From Hydrolagus affinis (lineage: Eukaryota), in assembly GCA_012026655.1 (NCBI GenBank), contig JAAILG010000804.1, positions 1 through 64,000 of the forward strand: DNA of 64,000 bases, written 5' to 3'. A program made the translations under genes and the position numbers. This document shows, in pieces, positions 41,501 to 47,552 of the stretch. The notes below the pieces were generated by a model. It did not search any database. It was not told where the DNA came from and saw nothing but the letters and a program-made list of their open reading frames with translations. Position 1 is the stretch's first letter. Each line of letters starts with the position of its first letter.

Positions 41501-43066
41501 TTGTATTCACAGCGTTAAGACATCAGTTTTTGTTTTCCAAATGAAACTCAGCAGCCACATTGCGCAAGGCCACACAAATAAAACCGTCACTGTTTCTCTA
41601 ACATATCCTAAATGCCTAACTGTTTAGCGGGTTAAGTAAGCTTCCTCGTAAACACAATCAGTCAGAAGTTGCTTATGTATCAATCGAGTCGTCGGACAGG
41701 ATGTGGGTAAAAGTCACAAGAGCATAAAGACCTCGTAGCCTCGAATCCTCCCCCTCCCCCCCTTCCCCACCCCACCCCCTGCCCCCCCACCCCCAAAAGA
41801 AAATGCTAAAACTAATGACATTCCCCTCGCAAACATCCAGAGAATAATACGCTGACTGTGACCCCGAGATGTGACGGATGGATTTTCATCTTGTTTGCAG
41901 GTTGCCGAGTGGGGACTTGAAAAGCTGGGTCTCACTGCGTATGCTGATCAGATAGCTGGCACCTTCAGTGGGGGAAACAAGCGGAAACTCTCCACAGCCA
42001 TCGCGCTCATTGGCTCCCCTCCAGTCGTACTGCTGGTAGGTGGCGCTCCTGTATACAGTATTGCAATCCTGATGCACACAGTTCAGTTGGCCTCACATTA
42101 CTGTAAAATAGACTGATCACTTTACATCATTGCATCAAACATTCGTCTTGTGCCGGTAATGTGCCTCGAGGAAACGGTGAGATACTAAGATAGGGTTGTT
42201 CTTGGTTTATTCATACTTTTGGCAAGCTTTAGTTTGGCATCAATACCTCAATGCATTCTTTAATGGAAAAGCAAGACGTCAGTTGGGTTTAGATTAAATC
42301 TATCATTTGAAGTGCAGTATGTCAAAAGGAAAATCGTAGACTCAACAATAACAGGGAAATCCTGTGTTTAGTTTCACCCACAAAATACACAGTCAATCCA
42401 CTTTACTGTACATCCTGTGAAGCGCTTTGAAACGTCTCGACGATGTGATAATATTATGTATAACAAAGGCAAGGATTATTATTATATTTGTAATAATTGG
42501 TTAATAATTAAACAATAACAACGTATGCTGACAGTATCTTATCACACTGAATGTTGTCTCCATATGTTTTACAGAGGAGCCTGAGATGGGAGGGAGGGAG
42601 GTGACCAATTTTTTTTTTTTTAAATGTGTCCTCTGTTAATTTTAGAATGATTTATATGGTAAGTTGAGAAGTCCACTTATGTTTGCAATATGTTAATGCT
42701 GTACTTTGCTTTAGGATGAACCGACTACAGGAATGGATCCCCAATCACGTCGATTCCTCTGGAACTGTCTTCTCGGTATTATCCGAGAAGGCAGAGCTGT
42801 GGTATTGACCTCACACAGGTAAGAAGTTGTCTCTTTAACGCTTTGTGAGACCAAAACGATTTTCCTTTGTTAAAACAGTCAAACCTGATGGGGACTTTTG
42901 TTGTGTTTGCAGCATGGAAGAATGTGAAGCTCTTTGCACACGCTTAGCCATAATGGTGAATGGACAATTCAAGTGTCTGGGAACCATCCAACATCTGAAA
43001 TACAAGTACGTCAGCGCTCTTTGTCTACTTACCCAAGTGTTTCTGTATTTCACACACACACACACA

Positions 43067-43100
<34 letters not shown>

Positions 43101-44411
43101 ATGTTATGACCTCCTTCATCAATGATAGTAACATTTCCCATATATTTAGATTCTCTTATTTTATTACATGTCTTGGTTCAAAAGGTGATTGATTGGTGTT
43201 ACAGTATTATAGGCTTGTGCTGATGCATATTAGATCGTTTAAGTTGGAGCTGGAGGCTTTTTATGCTTTTTAATTTTCATAAGTATTCAGTTACAGCATT
43301 ATTAGAAGTATCCATTCTTTAATGATTTCATTTCACGTTAAAACTCTGACATTCTTTTGACTGTAAAGTCAGTTTTTGTCATGTTGTGTTTCATGAACTG
43401 CTGGTTCACGTTGCCCCGATCAGGTTTGGTGATGGATATGTCGTCACAGTGAAGACTAAAGAGGTTAAGGCTGGAATCGGACCAGACCTGAATCCAGTGC
43501 AAGCATTCATTGAGACCAACTTCCCCGACAGTTTGCAAATAGAGAAGCATCACAACACCATACAGTATCAGATACCGTCATCATCACTAGCCAAAATCTT
43601 CCACTTACTGATCTCCAACAAAGACCAGCTGAACATAGATGAATATACAGTCTCACAAACAACTTTGGACCAGGTATAAAATTTGCTTTACTAGAACTAG
43701 AAGACGTGAAAAGCGCTATATCAAATGCAAGGATTGTTGTTGTTGTTGCTTTTATCCTCTTGAACCCTCTCCATACCAAACGCCCTCCTATTCCTTGACA
43801 ATTTTCAAGAAGTGTTTTGCCTAATCCAGCTCGGTCCAGTATGTTGACTTGCTAATGTACTGGGTTCTAATTTCAGCGCCTTGGGATGTCCTCCCGACGT
43901 GAAGGGCGCTCTATAAATGTAATTTTGTTGTTGTTGTTGTAATGGCTACCAGTTCATTTCGCAATCAGTATTTAAATCGAAAGTAACGGCACAGTTCAGT
44001 CAGCTGTCAACAAGTGACTGATACATGATGTTTTCTGTTTGTATCCAAATAACACTTGGATTGAAAATCCATCGCGAGAAATGTTTTTGCTTTCCCCCCC
44101 TCCCCCTCCTTTCCATTCCTTTCCTGCCTTGCTTCAGCCGAGCTGTGCTTTTAGCGGTAAGTTAAAAGTCACTGTGCTATTTTTGGCAAAGACGTTGTTA
44201 TTGTACAACTGAGTACGATGGTCTTGACTTTGTTCAGGTGTTCGTGAACTTTGCCAAACAACAAACACCTGAGGACGAAAACTTATCTCTGCATCCGCGA
44301 GCTGCTGGGGCCAGACGAGAAATAAAGATAAGCCCAGCTCCGGCAGAAGCTGCCCAGCAAATCAGCGCCAACCCTCCCACCGGAGAGGCAAACAAGGAGA
44401 AAAAGTCTTGA
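158..44411 (+). CDS. ABCA4: ABCA4 retinal-specific ABC transporter (N-retinylidene-PE flippase); 44 coding exons (= human exons 6-49), 5' end outside window
   Basis: All exons have AG..GT boundaries (one GC donor) with compatible phases; total 6645 nt = 2214 aa + stop. Two NBDs ([23 protein letters not shown] and [23 protein letters not shown]), C-terminal VFVNFA, and ABCA4-type motifs ([51 protein letters not shown]). Most exon lengths equal the human ABCA4 exon lengths. Confidence 0.96.
2025..2670 (+). repeat. Degenerate purine-rich minisatellite, ~30-33 bp period
   Basis: Recurring ccagtgat(c)gaattaaagaga-like motif at ~2272, 2305, 2337, 2371, 2401, 2430, 2463, 2497, 2529, 2565, 2593, 2622. 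Confidence 0.65.
2990..3190 (+). mobile_element. tRNA/L2-tail SINE, 3' half
   Basis: aatccacgactgtttgtgg..ctgtgcacaattggctg..aaagcgctgtatc..gcaagaattattatt. Confidence 0.85.
3361..3450 (+). CDS. ABCA4: ABCA4 exon 7 (90 nt)
   Basis: tttag|CTT..GAG|gtatg; [20 protein letters not shown]. Confidence 0.92.
3845..3865. repeat. (GA)n microsatellite
   Basis: Direct reading. Confidence 0.9.
4143..4383 (+). CDS. ABCA4: ABCA4 exon 8 (241 nt)
   Basis: tacag|TTT..CCA|gtaag; [29 protein letters not shown]. Confidence 0.95.
4529..4680 (+). mobile_element. tRNA/L2-tail SINE, 5' head only
   Basis: A box TAGCTCAGTGG, B box GTTCAAATC. Confidence 0.85.
4777..4916 (+). CDS. ABCA4: ABCA4 exon 9 (140 nt)
   Basis: tgtag|CT..AAA|gtaag; [38 protein letters not shown]. 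Confidence 0.94.
6031..6147 (+). CDS. ABCA4: ABCA4 exon 10 (117 nt)
   Basis: catag|GCA..CGA|gtaag; [14 protein letters not shown]. Confidence 0.94.
6200..6556 (-). mobile_element. L2 LINE 3' end (ORF2 C-terminus, 3' UTR, (TTG)n tail)
   Basis: [36 protein letters not shown] is the typical L2 ORF2 terminus; tail cgtgaaaggcgctgtataaatg. Confidence 0.85.
6847..6995 (-). mobile_element. Same hammerhead-bearing repeat, decayed copy (GAAA>AAAA) with a remnant inverted arm
   Basis: Reverse complement reads CTGACGAAGGGTCGTGGACCCAAAACGTTGACTCA, one mismatch to the 62700 copy. Confidence 0.65.
7077..7274 (+). CDS. ABCA4: ABCA4 exon 11 (198 nt)
   Basis: tacag|GAC..GAG|gtaag; [22 protein letters not shown]. 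Confidence 0.94.
8540..8745 (+). CDS. ABCA4: ABCA4 exon 12 (206 nt)
   Basis: ggcag|TGT..AG|gttgg; [31 protein letters not shown]. Confidence 0.95.
8791..9120 (+). mobile_element. tRNA-derived SINE with Deu-like core and L2 tail, full length
   Basis: ggagctcctgtagttcagtggttagagc head; gctgtgtgtaatttgctgccgcatttc core; cgtgaaaagc..tatatc..tgcaagg(att)n tail. Confidence 0.9.
10475..10651 (+). CDS. ABCA4: ABCA4 exon 13 (177 nt)
   Basis: tacag|A..CT|gtaag; [37 protein letters not shown]. Confidence 0.95.
11207..11429 (+). CDS. ABCA4: ABCA4 exon 14 (223 nt)
   Basis: cccag|C..ATG|gtaag; [32 protein letters not shown]. Confidence 0.95.
11454..11764 (+). mobile_element. tRNA/L2-tail SINE, full length
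   Basis: A box and perfect B box GTTCGAATC (11507-11515); (TTA)n tail. Confidence 0.9.
12755..12971 (+). mobile_element. tRNA/L2-tail SINE, 5'-truncated
   Basis: Core and tail match the other copies. Confidence 0.88.
13255..13476 (+). CDS. ABCA4: ABCA4 exon 15 (222 nt)
   Basis: tacag|AAG..GCG|gtaag; [32 protein letters not shown]. Confidence 0.95.
13781..14090 (+). mobile_element. tRNA/L2-tail SINE, full length
   Basis: Head, core and tail all present. Confidence 0.9.
14222..14426 (+). CDS. ABCA4: ABCA4 exon 16 (205 nt)
   Basis: tgcag|AGT..CAG|gtatg; [23 protein letters not shown]. Confidence 0.95.
14482..14665 (+). mobile_element. L2 LINE 3' fragment
   Basis: gcctccttcaagtcc..ctcctcttcga..cagcgccttgggacg..gaaaggcgctgtaca..(ttg)n. 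Confidence 0.8.
16352..16438 (+). CDS. ABCA4: ABCA4 exon 17 (87 nt)
   Basis: cttag|GT..AAG|gtgcg; [28 protein letters not shown]. Confidence 0.88.
16759..17136 (+). CDS. ABCA4: ABCA4 exon 18, expanded Lys/Glu-rich linker exon (378 nt)
   Basis: Stop-free phase 1-1 frame [12 protein letters not shown]..(AEKT/AEKP)n..TATNP between exons 17 and 19; donor CAG|gtgaa; weak A-rich acceptor (an in-frame alternative AG lies 12 nt downstream). Confidence 0.78.
16821..16988 (+). repeat. Coding minisatellite, 14 x 12 bp (consensus GCAGAGAAAMCA) inside ABCA4 exon 18
   Basis: Tandem units read directly, encoding A-E/D-K-T/P. Confidence 0.92.
17252..17447 (+). CDS. ABCA4: ABCA4 exon 19 (NBD1 Walker A)
   Basis: tgcag|TA..AT|gtaag; ..[29 protein letters not shown]; alternative in-frame acceptor gives start 17270. 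Confidence 0.9.
18205..18336 (+). CDS. ABCA4: ABCA4 exon 20 (132 nt)
   Basis: aatag|G..GA|gtaag; [31 protein letters not shown]. Confidence 0.95.
19781..19920 (+). CDS. ABCA4: ABCA4 exon 21 (140 nt)
   Basis: tgcag|T..CAG|gtacc; [20 protein letters not shown]. Confidence 0.95.
20224..20540 (+). mobile_element. tRNA/L2-tail SINE, full length
   Basis: Head, core and tail all present. Confidence 0.9.
20636..20773 (+). CDS. ABCA4: ABCA4 exon 22 (138 nt; NBD1 signature/Walker B)
   Basis: catag|GT..CAG|gtaca; [39 protein letters not shown]. Confidence 0.96.
23309..23502 (+). CDS. ABCA4: ABCA4 exon 23 (194 nt; H-loop)
   Basis: tttag|GG..GTG|gtaag; [33 protein letters not shown]. Confidence 0.95.
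23535..23910 (-). mobile_element. tRNA/L2-tail SINE, long subfamily
   Basis: Reverse-complement match with an extra ~70-nt segment (cctctgtttacctagca..). Confidence 0.85.
24413..24491 (+). CDS. ABCA4: ABCA4 exon 24 (79 nt; Cys-rich)
   Basis: cccag|CGA..ATG|gtgag; [26 protein letters not shown]; phase 0-1 bridges exons 23 and 25. Confidence 0.87.
24734..24939 (+). CDS. ABCA4: ABCA4 exon 25 (206 nt)
   Basis: tgcag|CT..GAG|gtaag; [34 protein letters not shown]. Confidence 0.95.
25533..25572 (+). CDS. ABCA4: ABCA4 exon 26 (40 nt)
   Basis: tccag|ATT..CAG|gtaaa; [13 protein letters not shown]. Confidence 0.9.
26206..26513 (+). mobile_element. tRNA/L2-tail SINE, full length
   Basis: B box GGTTCGATTCC; core and tail intact. 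Confidence 0.9.
28687..28946 (+). CDS. ABCA4: ABCA4 exon 27 (260 nt)
   Basis: tttag|GA..CAG|gtaca; ..[25 protein letters not shown]; 5' boundary less certain. Confidence 0.85.
29639..29763 (+). CDS. ABCA4: ABCA4 exon 28 (125 nt; GC donor)
   Basis: caaag|GTG..TTCAG|gcaagg; [28 protein letters not shown]. Confidence 0.92.
30548..30646 (+). CDS. ABCA4: ABCA4 exon 29 (99 nt)
   Basis: tgcag|C..GA|gtaag; [19 protein letters not shown]. Confidence 0.93.
30784..30973 (+). CDS. ABCA4: ABCA4 exon 30 (190 nt)
   Basis: gacag|G..CAG|gtatt; [29 protein letters not shown]. Confidence 0.95.
30986..31371 (-). mobile_element. tRNA/L2-tail SINE, long subfamily
   Basis: Full head-core-tail plus the extra segment gcctctgtttacccagcagtaactaggaacc. 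Confidence 0.87.
31624..31718 (+). CDS. ABCA4: ABCA4 exon 31 (95 nt)
   Basis: cacag|AGA..AG|gtaag; [31 protein letters not shown]. Confidence 0.94.
31932..31964 (+). CDS. ABCA4: ABCA4 exon 32 (33 nt)
   Basis: tccag|C..AG|gtatt; [11 protein letters not shown]. Confidence 0.93.
32468..32573 (+). CDS. ABCA4: ABCA4 exon 33 (106 nt)
   Basis: ttcag|A..GGG|gtagg; [19 protein letters not shown]. Confidence 0.93.
32844..32918 (+). CDS. ABCA4: ABCA4 exon 34 (75 nt)
   Basis: tccag|GAC..AAG|gtgca; [25 protein letters not shown]. Confidence 0.92.
33290..33492 (+). mobile_element. Decayed CR1-like LINE 3' end
   Basis: agaggacatg..ttttacccagtgagtaattaatgactggaacaggtta..gactcattt resembles the CR1 ORF2 terminus. 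Confidence 0.55.
33718..33887 (+). CDS. ABCA4: ABCA4 exon 35 (170 nt)
   Basis: tccag|GTG..GT|gtaag; [28 protein letters not shown]. Confidence 0.95.
34048..34278 (-). mobile_element. tRNA/L2-tail SINE with internal deletion
   Basis: Head and tail present, core largely deleted. Confidence 0.85.
34413..34590 (+). CDS. ABCA4: ABCA4 exon 36 (178 nt)
   Basis: ttcag|A..ATG|gtacg; [33 protein letters not shown]. Confidence 0.95.
34663..34960 (-). mobile_element. tRNA/L2-tail SINE, near full length
   Basis: Reverse-complement match to the + copies. Confidence 0.87.
35333..35448 (+). CDS. ABCA4: ABCA4 exon 37 (116 nt)
   Basis: ctcag|TGC..GG|gtaag; [24 protein letters not shown]. Confidence 0.94.
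35575..35722 (+). CDS. ABCA4: ABCA4 exon 38 (148 nt)
   Basis: cccag|A..AGG|gtagg; [26 protein letters not shown]. Confidence 0.95.
37545..37856 (+). mobile_element. L2 LINE 3' fragment
   Basis: ggtcgcgctttcagc..ctctggaacactctccc..[15 protein letters not shown]. Confidence 0.8.
38220..38343 (+). CDS. ABCA4: ABCA4 exon 39 (124 nt)
   Basis: ttcag|ACT..TTG|gtaag; [27 protein letters not shown]. Confidence 0.95.
38464..38525. repeat. (TA)n microsatellite
   Basis: Direct reading. Confidence 0.95.
38741..38870 (+). CDS. ABCA4: ABCA4 exon 40 (130 nt)
   Basis: tccag|GT..TG|gtaag; [23 protein letters not shown]. Confidence 0.94.
38958..39115 (-). mobile_element. tRNA/L2-tail SINE, 3' half
   Basis: Tail and core match. 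Confidence 0.8.
39331..39451 (+). CDS. ABCA4: ABCA4 exon 41 (121 nt)
   Basis: tgtag|G..AAG|gtgag; [23 protein letters not shown]. Confidence 0.94.
39551..39613 (+). CDS. ABCA4: ABCA4 exon 42 (63 nt)
   Basis: tacag|TAT..GAG|gtaag; [21 protein letters not shown]. Confidence 0.95.
39758..39864 (+). CDS. ABCA4: ABCA4 exon 43 (107 nt; NBD2 Walker A)
   Basis: cttag|TGC..AG|gtaca; [22 protein letters not shown]. Confidence 0.96.
40134..40275 (+). CDS. ABCA4: ABCA4 exon 44 (142 nt)
   Basis: cccag|C..AGG|gtaat; [29 protein letters not shown]. Confidence 0.96.
40930..41180 (+). mobile_element. tRNA/L2-tail SINE, 5'-truncated
   Basis: Runs from the B-box region to the tail. Confidence 0.87.
41901..42035 (+). 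CDS. ABCA4: ABCA4 exon 45 (135 nt; NBD2 signature)
   Basis: tgcag|GTT..CTG|gtagg; [20 protein letters not shown]. Confidence 0.96.
42715..42818 (+). CDS. ABCA4: ABCA4 exon 46 (104 nt)
   Basis: tttag|GAT..AG|gtaag; [27 protein letters not shown]. Confidence 0.96.
42913..43005 (+). CDS. ABCA4: ABCA4 exon 47 (93 nt)
   Basis: tgcag|C..AA|gtacg; [29 protein letters not shown]. Confidence 0.96.
43051..43098. repeat. (CA)n microsatellite
   Basis: Direct reading. Confidence 0.95.
43424..43673 (+). CDS. ABCA4: ABCA4 exon 48 (250 nt)
   Basis: atcag|G..CAG|gtata; [29 protein letters not shown]. Confidence 0.95.
44238..44411 (+). CDS. ABCA4: ABCA4 terminal coding exon (exon 49; stop TGA 44409-44411)
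   Basis: ttcag|GTG; [36 protein letters not shown]. Confidence 0.9.
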   Translation: MFVNFAKQQTPEDENLSLHPRAAGARREIKISPAPAEAAQQISANPPTGEANKEKKS

Positions 44412-44962
44412 GGAGGAAGTACCAACGATACAGTACTAACAAATTGCACTGCGCAGACTGAACTGCGAATACCGTGACTGTAGTATCATTCCCCCTTCTG
44501 TAACAGAAGGTTTCAGTAACAGAAACCTCAAAACGTGACAACTCTACAGTATTTGACTTCACAGCAAATAACAGCGTCAGCACACTGTGTAGCACAAGAG
44601 TTGCTATGATTCCAATCAGTAAACAGAAATTGTCGTGCAGCCAATCTGAGGATAATGCATGTTTATCGCTACTGTCGCAGACTAAAATAGCTAATACATT
44701 ATGCATGGCTGTGGCCTTTTCTCACAGCCATAAGATAGAGACCCGAAAGAGGCATTTATTACATTGCTGTGCATTTCCCCCTAACCGACATCATGCATAT
44801 ACGTGTAGTAATTAATCCTTCCAATACTGAATGCTCTTTGCCTATGTACATTTTCTTAAAACGTCCTCAGATGTGGTTTCCTGTACGTGAATTAATGTTA
44901 CATCCTATGAAATAGATTTAAAGAACTACGTCAATCTAGTCCCTCATTTGCAGTGTTTTCTG

Positions 44963-45518
44963 AATAAAAGAGGCTCTAATTTGGGGGGGTTTCAGTAAAC
45001 CGTTACAAATGGGTTCCTATCATGTATAATCTAATAATTGCAATAGTATCAGTCACACATAACAGCATTAACACTAATACACTTTGCTGCACACATACCC
45101 TGTGGACTATAAATAAGACTATACTTAACACTGACCTGTCCTCAGCCATGCAAACACAGACTAATCTGAGATCCACATGACGTAACAACCTGTTTCAAGG
45201 TGAAGCCAGATAACCCGATTAGATCTGCTAAATTAAGTATATTTTAGTGGGTATTTATCATTTTGCACAAATATCTTAGGTTCAAAAAAGAAACTGTTCA
45301 ATAAAGTTTTATTTCAACAAAAGATTTGCTTCGAGTGAAGGATGTGGTTACCTTCAATAAAAGTAATGTTCTCTCTTCTTGTGAATATTCAAATTAATAC
45401 TCTTAATCCCCGCTGGTATGCGTACATGCACACACGTACACACACTTTTTATAAATTGAGTGAATAAAATATCTTTCACTTGAAAATTACTTTGTGAGAG
45501 ACTATGTGAAACAATAAA
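44963..45518 (+). terminator. Cluster of AATAAA polyadenylation signals, candidate ABCA4 3' ends
   Basis: AATAAA at 44963, 45300, 45356, 45463 and 45513, 0.55-1.1 kb past the stop; which one is used is unknown. Confidence 0.5.
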
Positions 45519-45781
45519 AGCTGAGCTTACTGCATAAAATACAGTGTGCTTTTCTGCTGAGAATTGACTCTAGAATTTTGCTACTAACGTAGCTTTGGCC
45601 AAACAAAAGACAAGAACAAATGTATTGCACGTAAAAAGAAAGGAAAAGGAACAGCTACTATATACAGTACCTGACAACATACAGTAATTTGCGCATGACT
45701 GTTGTGGATGAGTTACTGAGTTAACCTCATGTTGGAATAGAAATGGGATTTTTTCATCATCTCATTATGCATCTCATTATT

Positions 45782-46180
45782 GGAGTCATGTAGCTTCGTG
45801 ATTAGAGCACTCGCCCCCAAGCGAGAGGATCCGGGTTTGATTCCCGGCAGGCCAACTCAATGGGAAAGTTTCCTTACTCCATATGCCTCTGTTTGCCAAC
45901 AACAACAACAAAATTACATTTACAGTATAGAGAGCCTTTCACGTCGGGAGGACGTCCCAAGGCACTGATCTTACCTAGCAGTGGGGGTAATAATTCTTTC
46001 AAAGTAGATAAAAAATAATTTGGTCACTCATTCCACAATTGTTTGTGGGACACAATTGCTGTGCGCAATTGGCTAGGCCACTATGCTCACAAAGTATTAG
46101 GTCAATTCGCTTTACAGTATATTCTGTGAAACATCTCGACAACGTGATAAGGCACTATATCAAATGCAAGGATTACTATT
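45782..46180 (+). mobile_element. tRNA/L2-tail SINE (long subfamily) with a nested antisense L2 tail at ~45897-45966
   Basis: SINE head and core interrupted by (aac)n..gcctttcacgtcgggaggacgtcccaaggcactg. Confidence 0.8.
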
Positions 46181-46509
46181 GTCCTATTATAATAACTAAT
46201 TTTGAGATTCTTCTCCCATTTCACATCCTGGAAGCATTTAGGTCAATTGCATTACATTTTTGGGGTAAGGTAACCAACAAATAGGTTCAATCGTGGACAT
46301 TAATGACCGACCACAGTGGGTGGGGCTTTTATCCACAGATCTACTGGAATCAAGAACCGCAGTAGCGAGTGTGAATTTGTCTTGAACATCACAAACGTTT
46401 ACTGAAACCAAGTGACAACTTCATTAAAAAAAAACAAGAGGCACCTCGGCAATGGAGGAGAGCACTCTGCATGGAATTCAGAATACCGAGTTCATTCGGA
46501 GAGAAAAAG

Positions 46510-46515
46510 TTTATT
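46510..46515 (-). terminator. Candidate polyadenylation signal for the TECR-like gene
   Basis: AATAAA on the - strand ~910 nt past the stop; further - strand signals at 45308 and 44755. Confidence 0.4.
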
Positions 46516-47424
46516 TGACTGGCAAAATGACACAACACAGGAGCCACTCCAAACCCTTTCTGGAAGACAGGATTCAAGGTTAAGAAGACTACTGATTATC
46601 TAGCAAGAAATTAGTAGCTTAGTTTTCAATAATCCGAAATAGGCACATGTTGCACATAAGAAGATAAGGGCTTATACGATGTAGGCCATGGTCAGAGTGC
46701 TCTAAACAGCTGACGTTTTGCCTCCACAAACTTGAAATTGATGAACACATAAAACACATTTTCGTTTCAACACTCAAACCTTGATGCATTACAAAAAGAT
46801 GACCTGGACACCTGTAAGTTGAGAACTCTGTCTGCATATTGATTGAATGGTCATATTACAGTGCAAGGAAAAGACTAAAAAAAAAACTTCCTCCTTTATA
46901 ATTAACAATTTTTAGAAGAAAATTTGCACCAGATATTTTCCAAAGACAAACTCGGTGAAGGTACTCCAAAGTAAGCGGTTTTGTGCTGCACTTTGTTTTG
47001 TGTTTTCCTTTAAAACAAAGGTTTAAATGTTTACCCAGATGATGTTAAACATGCTTAACCAACAGTAAAGTGCTTAAAGCGATGATTTCTACAGCGTGGG
47101 AGATGCTTAAAATTCTGAACAGTGCAATAAAACAGCTAGGGGATTATACGGGTCATTAAAATGGGGGCAGGTTTGTGACGAAACAATGAAGAATGAGTCC
47201 AACAAATAATCAGCGAACATTGTTTTTGTTTCCCACGTTGGGAGAGAGTGTCTTCCGACAGGAATTGTGGGTCAATAAAACCAAAAAGACAAAAAGACTT
47301 GGCTTTCAATCCCATGTTGGAGATTTGCATGCAGGTACAGTAGATTGATGAAATGAGATTTTTACTGAAGACTCCTTGTTCCTTTGATTTGTATGGCACT
47401 GAATATTATTCACCTTGTGTTGCC

Positions 47425-47552
47425 TTATAGCAAGAAAGGAATGATCGGCATCCGCAGAGTTGGGTAATCCTTAAACTCCTTCAAGTAAGAGTAGTGCTTG
47501 CCTTTAGCCCAGACAGTCATCTGGATGAAACCCATCAGAGTAAACAAACCGA
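47425..47552 (-). CDS. TECR: TECR-like terminal coding exon (128 nt incl. TAA)
   Basis: [41 protein letters not shown]. Confidence 0.95.

Noticed and set aside
158-44411. Assignment to ABCA1 or ABCA7
   Set aside because: Exon lengths and diagnostic motifs ([25 protein letters not shown]) are ABCA4-type
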